Source: Octopus sinensis
Lineage: Eukaryota
Direction of reading: 5' to 3'
Assembly: GCF_006345805.1 (NCBI RefSeq)
Contig: NC_043014.1
Span: 39,618,001 to 39,682,000 of the forward strand
DNA length: 64,000 nt
In this document: piece after piece, positions 49,301 to 62,975 of the stretch
Layout of the letters: each line of letters starts with the position of its first letter
Numbering within the stretch: the first letter of the stretch is position 1
Position numbers and translations under genes: made by a program
Notes under the pieces: generated by a model
The model's input: only the letters and a program-made list of their open reading frames with translations
The model's database searches: none
Told to the model about the DNA's origin: nothing

Positions 49301-52019
49301 GCTTGAAGATGGCGAAACCTCATAGCCATTGGAAGGTCCATGCTGGTCGGTCGCCTGGTTTAAGAAAATAAAAAAGTTTTTGTTTTTTAATAAATAATGT
49401 AAAGCAACTTAAATATTCAAAATTGGAAAGAGAGCATACAAGATTGATAGTTTGCTTCAATAAAAATTATTTCTGCAAGCGAAATGTTTTATAATCAATA
49501 TCAAAATTTCCTTAATGGTTGTTTAATGATCTTACAATATTTCGGGAAAGATTCCCCCTTCTAAATACAAAATGATTTTTACATAAAAATAAGCATGTTT
49601 ATGACTGAGGAAGAGTTGTTGCAATGAATTCATAATAAAATTTTAAGCTAACCTAGATGATTTCAAAGCCATTTCTTCATCACCAGTAGCATGATTTGAC
49701 TGAGGACGGTTCCGGTAACGTGACATGAGAAAACTAAACATGTCATATGGTTTCCTTGTACTGAATGGTTCCGTGCGAATACAACCACTTGATGTTTCAG
49801 TAGGTTCCTGAAATAAGCAAATTAATGTTTAAGATATATATTGCAATATCAAAGCACTGATATAAAACCTTTAAAACTGGTCATATTCCTTAAAATAAGT
49901 ACATATTATGTATTTCTCATGATTTACTAAGTTTGCAGTAGACAAATTTATCAACATTAAAAGTTTTAGAAACATTGCTTTATAAATTGTGTTAGAATTT
50001 TCTACAATTATCTTTAACCACCATATATAATTGTGTATAATATGGACATCATATATAATGCATACCTATAATTATAAATAATAAAATCTTGGGGAAGAAA
50101 ACAAAAATCACTTGTGTGTAATAAATACAGATTTGTCTTTAGTATTACAATGTATGGAAAAATGTTTACTGAGATTTATTATAATTCTAACAGATAGGAT
50201 ATGTCAGTGGTTCCCAAACTACGAGTCGCGACCCACAGACGGGTCACGAATGGAATCTTAGTGAGTCGCAAAAAGTTATAAAATTACGCATTAGCTTTGA
50301 TTAACTGCTGTCTATCGAGATAGCTCAGTAGAGTTAAGTGGGTCGTCATAAACTGGTGTGATAAATAGTGGGTCGTGACTCTAAAAAGTTTGAGAACCAC
50401 TGAGATGTGTTCATGTATCCTAAATGAAATAAGAGGTAAATTTGAAAGTGACTTTTGAACAAATGTAAACTGTAAGTGCATCTGTTGTAAATTCAACATT
50501 TGAAAATCACATGAACAGGTTTTTCTTTTTTAATTTAACCTTTTCCACAAATAAATATGGTGTTTGTTATTACGAAATATTGGAAAACAGACTGAAATAG
50601 AATAAAACTGGAAGAAGCATTAAAAATAAATAAATATCAAATGCATACCTGATCATCTTCATCATATTCTCTTGGAGGAGAATGATAGTTAAATTTGTAA
50701 TTATAACATTTCTTTGCACCATGCAGCTGTTCCAAAAGATATACCACAGCTCGATGACTTACACCAAACATTAGGGCACCATCTATATCTAAAATGAGAG
50801 AGTTTAGGAAATTTAAGTCCGGCATTGATTAGTGTACATCAAATTTGACAATTTTTCATGTTACAATGTTACTATAATGAAATTTAGCTGGTTTTCTAAT
50901 TGTTAAATATATGAATAATAATTAAGGATTTATCTTTCATAGAATCAAATTCAGTCTCACTCTATGATGCCTTGCCTAAGTGTCTTCTACTACAGCCTGG
51001 ACTGACCAATGCCAAGTGAAAGAATCTGGTAAACTGTAGCAAGCCTGTTGTATTTTATGTGTGTGTGTGTGTGTGCACGTGCACCATTGCTTATAAATTC
51101 CATGATTGCCCCAACTAGAGTAAAGCAGCACTGATGTTGATATCTCTTGCTGACATTAAAACGAGTCACTCTGTGCTTTCTGAGACCAACAGAATAAAGA
51201 TATGCCTTACTTGAAAAGCAGGAAATGATTGGCCACAGGAAAAGCACCCAGCCAAAAAAATCATACCTTAAATAATTCCCATCTAAAACTATGCTAGCAT
51301 GGAAATGTGGACATTAAACAAACAAAATTTAAGTATAAAATAAACAAGCGCTACATCAAACAGATATCTGCCCTCCTGTCTCTTACCAGTGATCCCTTGC
51401 ATCTGAGAACTTGAGAAAGCAATGTCATTATATTTGCATCACCAAAGAACTTGACCGTGACAATGTCCAAACTAAACTATGAGTCTCAAATTATTTCTTC
51501 GATAAGATATTAAAACAATTCAGTTGTAGGACATCTTATGAATAAAACACCTACAATTTCTGTGTATGTGTGTTGTAATTTATAAAGACTTCTTCTGGAG
51601 AGCCTACAATCCCAATATAGCTAAAAATGAATTAAGTGAGATCGTTGCCAGAGCAATAAGCTGGCCTTCGCGCCGATGGCACGTTAAGCACACCATTCAA
51701 GCGTGATCGTTACCGCATCACCTTACTAGCACTTGTGCTGGTGGCATGTGAAATATTCGAGCGAGGTCATCGCCAGTGCCGCTGAACTGGCTCCTGTGCA
51801 GGTGGCACATAAAAAGCACCATTTGGGCGTGGCCGTTGCTATTACCACCAAACTGGCCCTCGTGCTGGTGGCACGTAAAAGCACCCACTACACTCTCAGA
51901 GTGGTTGGCGTTCGGAAGGGCATCCAGCTGTAGAATCTCTGCCAGATCAGATTGTAGTCTGGTTTGCCAGGCCTCAGTCAAATCGTCCAACCCATGCTAG
52001 CATGGAAAGCGGACGTTAA

Positions 52020-52069
<50 letters not shown>

Positions 52070-55000
52070 TCAAGGCAAGGCTTTTACTTGCACTAATGTC
52101 ATCAAATAACAGATAACTGTACCTAAGAAAAAGTAGCTCAAGAGACAAACTTCTCTATTACAATTATACATAAATTGGTTTTGAGTGCTTTGGTAACATA
52201 CAACCAAGAGCAATCCACTGAATCTGTTCCTCCCTCTCTCTGTTTTGCTAACAAATTCCCCTCTGGTATCTAAAACGTTATGCTGAACATAAATGGAAAT
52301 TTGGTAAGTTTTCTATAACAATATACTCCAAATGAACATACAATATTTATCAAAATATATTAACTACATCAGCAGAAAAATTACTAACTTGCATAGGATA
52401 ATTGCTTCCTTTTAGACAAGGCACGGACATCTTGGACAGCCTCATAAACCTGCCGCCAAGCATCTAGAAAGAAAATAAAGAAAAAAAAAAGACATTATTT
52501 CAAATTCATATTTTGTTTTTCCTTTTTACATTGGACAAAAAGTAGAGAGAAAACAATGAGAGAAATGTAATAATAATTACCATCAATTGAATGAGCTCGA
52601 CAGTAGAAACCATCATCACTAGAAATTTCAAATACAAGATGTGGTAGGTTGAGATCTGGTTTAGGCTGGGGTAAAGGACCAGTTGAGTTTCTCGTTTGAG
52701 AACTCATGAATGGAGTTTCCATTACTTCTTCTTCCACCTCTGCAAATGGGGCACCTCCATTCTGCTGATTACCTTCGCGACATGTTGTCTTCCTTAAATC
52801 TGAAATCGTAAAATATTTTCTCATTATTTTGAATGTTCCAATCATCATCATCATTTAGCGTCCGTTCTCCATGCTAGCATGGGTTGGACGGTTCAACTGG
52901 GGTCTGTGAAGCTGGAAGGCTTCATCAGGCCCAGTCAGATCTGGCAGTGTTTCTACGGCTGGATGCCCTTCCTAACGCCAACCACTCCGTGAGTGTAGTG
53001 GGTGCTTTTTACATGCCACCCGCACAGGTGCCAGACAGAGCTGGCAAACGGCCACGAACGGATGGTGCTTTTACGTGTCACTGGCACAGGGGCCAGACAG
53101 AGCTGGCAAACGGCCACGAAACGGATGGTACTTTTACGTGTCACCGGCACGGGGGCCAGGCAAAGCTGGCAATCAAAACTAATATTTCTAAATTCATTTT
53201 TTCCCTTGTATTGTTATATCATTTCACATTAATAGATAATATAGTTATTATAAATAATATGGTTAATACATTATTCTAATTTTTGGCACAAGGAAGGAGA
53301 ACATTAATTACATACATACACACACACAGTGCTCAACTGGTACTCATTTTATTGAGTACCTGAAAGAACGAAAAGCAAAGCTGACCTCAGCAGAATTTGA
53401 ACTCAGAGCCAGAGGAAATGCCACAAAGCATTTTGTCCAGCATACAAATTATTATTCTGCCCCACCCACTGCACTGGTTTCTCTTGAGATAATAATATTA
53501 ATGACAAAGTTCGACTATTGTTAAGTAATTAAGCATTGAAAATACAAATTATATTCACAAATATATTTTGCATTTTCAATGTTGAAATTTCATTGACTCC
53601 ATAAAGTTACCTTGAGAGGAACTGGTGATAGCTTTTCCAAACTTTTCATATAATATATATCTCTTGTATTCTTATCATTAGAACATTAGACAAATGTAAA
53701 AATTCCTAGAAAACACATAATGTGCTCTTGTCACAGATATTTAATTTAATAACCGATGTCAGGCATGGTTGTGTGGGAAGAAGCTTGCTCCCAAACCACG
53801 ATTCCAGGTTCAGCCCCACTGCACAGCACCTTAGCCTTGAACCAACCAAAACCTTGAATGGATTTGGTAGGCAGAAACTGAAAGAAGCCCATTGTGTGTG
53901 TATGTCCCCCACAATTGATGTCAGTGTGTTTACATCCTTGTGACCTAGCAGTTCAGCAAAAGAGACCAGTAGAATAAGTACCAGGCTTTAGAAGAAAAAA
54001 TAAGTACAGAGGCCAATTCATTCAATTAAAAATTCTTCAGGGCATTGTCCCAGCATGCCCACAATCAAATGACTGAAACAAGTAAAGGATTAAAAAGAGA
54101 TAAAAGCTATTTACTAAATACTAACCTCGAGGACGTCTCCGGAAATTTAGGTTTCTTGCTTTTCGCACAGGTTTCTTTCTTAGAGTTACTTTTGGTGTAA
54201 ATGGGTCAAATACTTTTGAGTCAGTAGCATCTGAAGTTTGATTGGGGGAGTCAGTTGCTGGGGTCAATGTTTGATTTCCGGCATTTTCAGTTGCCTTGTC
54301 TTCTGTGTTGTTGTTGGAATCAAATGCAACCGCACGCTCTTCTTTTTCCTTCTGTTGATCTGATACAATTCCATTTTTGCTTGAAATAAATGATAGTATG
54401 CGCTTTGTTGATTGCAATCCCACAGCAGATTGCCGTTTGCGTGACACTAGATTAAACTGTTCTTTCTGAGAAGGTAACACTGATTTATTAACATTACTTA
54501 CTACTTGTATATCTGAATTAGAACTGAGACTCACCATATTCTGAATAAATTTGCTGCTTTCTTCAACTCCAGATACAATTTTTACTGCATCAGCTGAATC
54601 GGCAAGCTGACTTTTATTACAGTTCTGTTTAATAACAAATGGTGCTTTGAGTCCAGAAGGCTTCACTCTAGAAATCCTAGAATAAAGTTTACGACTAGGG
54701 GAGCGTTTATGATTGCTACTTGGTAAAGATGATAGCGATGGACTAGCCATTGGATTTTCAACTATCGAAGTGCTTGTAGTTTGACAACTATCAGATTTGC
54801 TAGATACTGTCGAAGCTATTAGAGACGTTTGGTTCGTGATAGTTGGTGGTTGTGTTACTTTAAAAATTTCCTGTAGTAATTTGCTATAATTATATGCTGT
54901 GTTTGAACTGTTCGAGTCTATACTAGACCCAGTTACAAATGAAGTGGGAGGATTATCAACAAGAATCTTTACAACTGAGCTGGAATTTTGCATAGTAGGC

Positions 55001-58000
55001 ACAGACGTTTTATGTATAATATAAGGAGATTTGTTTTGCATTGAGCCTTCTTGTAACATCATGGTATTTGGTGCATGGTGCATAGTTGTAGCTGATTGTA
55101 TCTTAGAAATTGGTTCAGAAGTGTTAATGTTCGCAGTAGACTGGAGCTGAGGTACAGAAGTTGCTATAGAAGAAAAAGGGTTGCTTGAGAGTGGCGGAGT
55201 AATATTCACCAGCTGGTCAGTAGCAGATGGTAACACAAAACTACCCACATAGTTGATGCTGAGAGTTGGAGTAGGAGGTGGTTGAGATGAAAGCGGAGGA
55301 GCAATAGCTATTGGAGTAACAGCAGCTTGGCTAAACACGGGTGATGCAAGAGTTGGTAAGGCAGAAGAAGTTAAGTCTGAAGTGTTGAAATATGGGGTGT
55401 TTACTGATGTCAAACTAAGAAGATGAGGAGAGGCACTTTGCATGGACATAGTCAGTGGCTGAACACTTTGGGCAGGAGCCACCACACATGTAGTCTGAGG
55501 CTGTACATTACAAACTGTATTACATAATGCCATAGTAACTACAGGTGTGGTTAACATTTGGGGTGCCATACTGTCTTGGCACTGTATTAATTGAGTGCTA
55601 GAACTATTTAATTCCGAGATGTGTGATGAATTAACATTTGAAGATAACGATGCGGTTAACTGTGTTAAAGATGCTTTAGATGAGGTACCTACTAAAGAAA
55701 TAGCTGGGTTGTTAATGTGTGATATTTCTGCAAAAGAATTGATGGTCTTTACAGGATTTGTAGAGAATTCGATAGGCGACTTAGAAATAGAATTATTAAA
55801 CATTGGTTTGTTTTTATTTAATAATTCCTGATGGGCATTATCATCTGTTTGAGTTTCATCTGAAGACATTTTGGATACAAATTTGGATTTTGCAAGAGGG
55901 TCCATAACATTTAATGACTTTGAAGTTGAGTTACTGGCACTAGCATTGTGAAATATTTGGTAAAATAAGCTCTTGTGATTACTATCTTCTAATTCTTTAC
56001 ATTTGTCTGTAAATAACTCTCCAAGAGAACTTTCGGTCTTATCATCAGTAATAACGGTACTGTGCTGTTTAACAGATTCAGAACTATTAGATGATGGAAG
56101 AATTTCACTGGGAATGCTGTCTCTATCACGAGAGACTGATTGTTTCAGAAAACTAGCTTCACTTATAATTCCGTTGAGTGCTTCCAATTTCTGTTTGCCA
56201 AGTCTTCCAGACTCTTCATCAACTTTCAATCTCTTCGCATCAGATTCATGACAATTGCCTGGTTTTGGTGGTTTACTGAGCTTTGAAGCTAATTCTGACA
56301 ACAGATCCAAGTTGTTGCGATCAGTTGTTGATTGAGTGCCGGCAGCGGATTCAGAAGAAACCGATGCATTCTGTTTATCACAGCTTTCTTCGTTTAAAGA
56401 CAAACTATGATCACATTGAGCAGGTGATAAGGTGGCATCAGAATCATCAGCAAAGCTACTTTCAGGTAGGCAATTAGAGTGAGTTAATTTGTCTTCTTTA
56501 ATACTAAGATTGGTTTGTGAAGTGCTGTTTTCATTTGACAAATCAAGATCTTTTGATTCAAAATCTCCACAAGATGAACTACACACAATTTGCTCTCCAC
56601 GATTTTCTGTAGGCTGAGTTTGTTCATTTCCAATCTGTCCACACAAGTCCCCTGACTTCCGACTACGACTTTGCTTTGCTTTATTCTGTATTGAGTCTAA
56701 ACTTTCAGAATCCAACCCACTCATTGAATCATGTGACCGTTTCCTTGAGTGAATCTTTTTCCCAAAATTCATTTCTGCTTCAACTTCCGCAGCAACTCTC
56801 TGAATCAAAGTTGAATTACGCATGGGATAACGGGGGTTTCCAAGGTACCGCCTTGGTGAGCGGAGACCATCTTGATCATCATCATCTTCTTCACTGGTGC
56901 TTAGTTCAAAATCACACTTTTCAACGTGTGTCTCGAAGCTTTCCTTGGTTCTGTAGAGTCGCTTACATGTTGGACATTTGAAAGGTCCTCTCTCCCCCGG
57001 ACTACTTTTAGCTAAGCTCTCCGCCCTGATCTTCAATGCAATTTTGTCATGCAGAGGAATATCTTCACTTCTTTTAACAACTACCTGTTCTTCAGTTGTA
57101 GTTTCAACAGTTGACAATACTGAGAGGGATGATTTAGCACGATCGTCTCTACAGCTCCTAGAAATTGCTTCCAGAGGGCGCTTTGCTAACGCCTGCTCAC
57201 ACATTCTTGAAACTGTTTGTCGCAAAGGGTATACTTTTACAGGTGGAGAGTTTTTAGATTTACCTGAATTTTTTCCTAAATCAAAAGTATCGTTGAGCCA
57301 AGTTGATTCAGAACTAGATGTTAAGTCTTGTACTCCTTTATTACAGCTGACTTTATCAAGATTACTAGGAATTCTTGACTTATCAGCATGCAATGAATTA
57401 GTGAGCTCACTTGAAACCATTTTCCTATGCTTTAATATTCCACCACTAGATTTATCTAATTCTAATAGTTTTACATTTTTTTTCGAGCAGAATCTTTTTA
57501 AACGTCTTTTGCTATGATCTTTCAAATTATTCTGTGAGTTTGAGGGTAGGGAATTTTTTAGAGCAAGGGCATCAGTGATTGATAGTTTATGTCCAATTAT
57601 ATCTCCTTTCGGTCCGTATATCGGAGAAAACCGAGTAGGTTTATCATCTTGAAATCTAGATCCTACCTTTGAATATCTATTTTGGGGTTTTTTATTCAGA
57701 GGCAATGTTTTTCTATTGAAGCTAATCACTTGAACAGGCTTATTATCATCTTCAAAGTACATCATCTCTTTGTCGCATTCAGAATGCACCTGTACCTCTG
57801 AAATGGCATCAAGTGAACTGTTGATGTTATCAGGTAAATCTCCATCCGTACATGATGGTATCACAATAGGTTGCTCGGATGAGCATTCAACAATCTCTGG
57901 TTCTACCACTGAGTCAAATTTAGGAGCTTTCACGCTATCAAGCTCTCCCTTATCCGATTCAGTCAGTTCAGTAGAGATTTCATTCTCAGTAAAGTTACTA

Positions 58001-61000
58001 TCTGCAGCAAGAAGAGCCTCCCTAGCAAGCTGAATAGCTTCCTCATCTGTCATATCCTCTGCTTCAGCAACAACAACTACAGTTTCCAAATCTTGAGCTC
58101 CATCTCCAAACAACAACTTGTCCTCTTCACTAGATAACACAATATTATCTTCCAAATTCTCAACAACTGCCAACTGGGAATCAACATTTGAGCTTTCTTT
58201 CGCTGCCAAATCTGTTGACTCTTTGGGGTCTGTTGGTTTTGGTTTATCAGAAGAAATATTTTTAGATTGTTCATTAGATTCTGGAACTGAATCCTTTTCA
58301 TTTTCCTTTGAAGTAGCTTTTACAACACTTTCATTATTATCATCATCATTTGTTATACCACCTAAACGACCACAATCTTCAGCACTCTCAGCTGTCAACG
58401 TTTTAGATTTCGCAAGTTCTTCGATTTTAGAATTTTCCAGCAACTCTGGATCTTCTATCTTAGTTGTATTGTGTTCCGCAGATTGAAGTTTTTGTTGCTC
58501 TTTGTTCGGCTTCTTAGGACATTGTGGTTTTGCAAGGCTAATACGACATGTGTAAACACACCGCTTGTTCGCATGTTTCGTACTCCAATAAACTCGAGTT
58601 GATCTATAAAAAAAAAACAAATAGAAATTTTAATAAAATGTTAACACAAACAACGGATCTTTTCGGTTTGAACGGCAGTTTTTAACATAATTTCTAAGTA
58701 ACTAAAAAATTTTAAACTTCGTATACTGGTAGAATGTGTTTATAAAACATCTTTTTCTCTTGGCTTTATTGAGAAAATTCTATAGTTTGTAAGATATTTG
58801 TTGTTTTTTTTTTCTCTTCAATTTCTGTAATTTCAACCAATCACTGACGTCTATTGAGGTAAAAAAAAAGAAAACATTCTGTGCCATATGAATATGTCCC
58901 TCGTTTAAGAAACAGATTGGGTTTATTTACATTTCTGAAGAAAAAAAGATACCCTTCCCTCTAACCCTAGCCCTAAAACAGATTGAAATGCAATAGATCG
59001 ATACCAGGGTCATAATTATGGGCGACAATTTCATATGACACCGCTAGAAAAAACTGCCGTTCAAACCGAAAAGATCCCAAACAACCAAACACATTCATGT
59101 TAAAATGGATAGTAAAACATAACTGAGAAGTTTAAAGAGAAAAAGAAAAGCAAGATAATGCATTTCAAAATCGTCAAATTTTGAAAAAAATTTAAGTAAT
59201 GATTATATATTTACCGAAAGCCAACTGGAAGCAGCATATCATATCGATCTGAGAGTGGTGTGAGATTTCCTAAGCATTCAACAGTGCAGGAACCTTTACA
59301 AAAAAAAAATAAGAAATAAAAGAAGAATAATGAATATATGGTTGTGTAATATAAAGAAATTGTTCAAAAAGTTAAGAATAAAGGAAAAAATATTCTATAC
59401 CTATAATGACATTAATGCCAGAAGCAGGTAAGCCTTTTACCCAAGATTTTTTGGGATACTTCTGATGATCCATATAAATGCAAACTCTGCGAATCACGTC
59501 AAAGTCATTATCTTCAACTAACTATAAAGCAAAGGAACAAACATTGTAAATACGTATTAGTATATGGTTAAGTTATAGAGAACTGAAACAACAATAAAGT
59601 TAGAGATGGACAAAGGGAAATATTTAGTTGTTTATATACAAAGTAATAAAGAAAATTAGTGATGATATATTAAGCTAAATAATTAATCCTACGTAAAAAT
59701 GATTGCCCAAATAACGTCAATAGTAAATACTGCATTCAGAAAAAAGGTAAGAAACAATGTGAAGTGTCATGTACATTACATTGTTGTTTTGAAACCTTTT
59801 ACTAATTGAAAAGTTTTTCATTATTTACAAATAATTAGGATAACCCTTTAGCATTTAAAGTGGCCATATCCAGCCCAAATATACTATGTTTTTATGTTCT
59901 AACCGCCCAGATTCAGCCTCTTACACCTACCCTACAATGTCAATGTAAAAAACATCACAACATCAAATTCTCAAAACTACAAGATAGTGCACGATTAATT
60001 CAAAAGTATTGAATAAATAAATATTATATTTGACAGAGTAATCCTGAATGCTAAAGGGATAAAGGATGTTGAACAAGTAAAGCTTATATCAGCTTTTAAA
60101 ACAATACAAATTAATTATTTGGGCTCCCTTAAATTATGGAAAATTCACTTACAAAACATTTTTGTGTCTATTATAGTCTCTGCAATTAACTAATTAAATT
60201 AAAATGTGAAACATAATTCAAAAATACTGAAATAGTTTTATTTACATCTCCATCAACTTTGTGTCGATGATTGTAACAGAAGACTTTTTTATCTTCTTGG
60301 AATATACAATATTCCTGTTTGGCACAGAGGAAATGAAAATTGGCAGGACACCCTCTGTGACAGCAACCAACTGTAGCTCCGGGTCTGGTGCATTTGTCAC
60401 AGCGCTGAAAATGAAAAAAATGATAAAAATGAATAGTAATCAGATAAAAACAAAGAGAGTTAAAGATTCACTAGCTGTTAGTATCAAAGGAAAAATTTGA
60501 ACTTGAGACCATCTTTAACTCTAACACATGGAATATCATTTCATATTAAATATAAACATGCCATTAGAATTATATATAAGAAACTTTTGTTCAGTAATGT
60601 TTAGTTGCTAATTTAGCTATAAAACCAAGAATCTGTAAGAGGAAGAGGATAGCTAATTACATTGACCCAAAAACTTGCTTGACTGGTACTTTATTTTATT
60701 AGTCTTGAAAGAATTGAAGGGCAAAGTTGACCCCAGAAAGATTTGAACTCAGAATGTAAAGGCAGAGCAGGAACAAATACTGCAAAGCATTTCACCCAAC
60801 ACTCTAATGATTCAGCCAATCCACTACCTTCGATACCAAAATTAATAATGAAAAACTTTATTTTACCAAATCCTTCCAAATTCTTGACTATTTTCAAAAT
60901 GAATTAAAATACAGTATCAATGTATTAGAAATACAGTAACAGAAACATTTTAATGAATTAGATCAATTTAATAAATTATTTAGGCGCAGGAGTGGCTGTG

Positions 61001-62008
61001 TGCTAAGTAGCTTGCTTACCAACCACATGGTTCCAGGTTCATTCCTACTGCGTGGCACCTTGGGCAAGTGTCTTCTACTATAGCCTCGGGCCGACCAAAG
61101 CCTTGTGAGTGGATTTGGTAGACGGAAACTGAAAGAAGCCTGTCGTATATATGTATATATGTGTGTGTGTGTGTTTATGTTTGTCCCCCCAACATCGCTT
61201 GGCAACTAATGCTGGTGTGTTTACGTCCCCGTAACTTAGTGGTTCGGCAAAAGAGGCCAATAGAATAAGTATTAGGCTTACAAAGAATAAGTCCTAGGGT
61301 CGATTTGCTCGACTAAAGGCAGTGCTCCAGCATGGCCACAGTCAAATGACTGAAACAAGTAAAAGAGAGAGTTTCAACATTTACTAAATTTAAGTCTTAC
61401 CATCATTTTGCCTCGACTGATAGCTGGTTGAACATTTTGTAGGGTGCCATCACTTTCTTCCTCAAAAGCTTCAGCTGACCATAAAGCACAATTGACATGG
61501 ATCCAGTCATCTTGGCCAACATACACAAGTCGACCTTCTTCCTAAAAGAGCAAGAAATGCACAAGACATGTATTCAAAGCAGGAATAAAATTTTACAATC
61601 TGTTTTTGACAAAGAAAATAAGCTATAATTAACTAAGAACAAGGTCAATTTAGTTGGTACGCCAAGCTGGCTTTCACACTGGCATACGCAAGATCATTTG
61701 CATCAAAGCACTCCAAGAGCCTTGATACTTTATATTTTACTGTGGCTATAGTTTCCATCAACACCAGTATATTTTTTCGGACATTTCCCAGCATGATAGT
61801 TGAAATGGTCACTACACATGGCCAAAAGTCACCAGACAGTAAATCTAAATTCCATAAATATTATCTGTAATTCTGTACTGACTCGAATGGGAACATGATG
61901 GTTCATATTTAGATGCTTTTATTAATAACATTCAGTTGTTAAACATAAATAGATCTTGGAATTAAATGGTTTTGATTTACTGTCAGTTGACTTTTGGTCA
62001 ACCCTGTG

Positions 62009-62043
<35 letters not shown>

Positions 62044-62893
62044 TTTAAAGTCCATCTTCCATGCATGCATGGGTAGGATGGTTGACAGGAGCTGGCCAGG
62101 TACAAAATCTGCCCAAGGCTACTATGTCTGTTTTGGCAGGGACTTTACGGCTGGATGCTCTTCCTAACACCAACCACTCTGCAGAGTAGAATCAGTGCTT
62201 TTTACGTGGCACTAGCACAGGCAAAGTTAGTTTGGGCTAGATTTTTACAGCTGGATGCTTTTCCAGATGCCAACCAATGTTACAGTGTGGACTGGATGCT
62301 TTTAATGTGGCACCAGCACTGGCAGGGTAACCAAGCAACTCACAAGAAAAGGAATTATGAGAGGGGCAGGGCATTTGTGCCAGAGGATGAAAGTTAGAGT
62401 GTGGCCAAGAGACAGGAAAACAGAAGCAGGTGTCTTGCCACAACAGAGGAGGGCATTAGTGGAGATTATGTATATATATATAATAAAAAGTAGAGGAAAT
62501 GAAAATGCAAACCCTAGCAAGTCAACCAAATTCCCAAATGCATAAATGAAGATATTCAATCAATGTAATTGAATCATATATAGTGATACACACCAACATA
62601 AATCATGCACGTATAAATGTAAAGATTCTCCAAGGGTACAAAGAATAAAACTAAACATGCATAAAAATATAGGAGAGATATAAAAGCATATAAAAAATAT
62701 ATAAAAATCACATATAAATAAGGATCACATGTAAAAAGTTATGCGTGATAAATATAGGAGGCACAACACGAATGAGAGGCTGACTGCCTAGGATTTGTGT
62801 TTTTGAATTCCTCTACTTTGTATTATTTCACATTGGCTCTCTCTCTCTCTCTCTCACTCTTTATATATATATTTATATATACATATATATATA

Positions 62894-62975
<82 letters not shown>

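Noticed and set aside
55595-58486. Plus-strand ORFs of 64-179 aa opposite the giant exon
   Set aside because: Antisense shadows of the KMT2A reading frame; no independent evidence.
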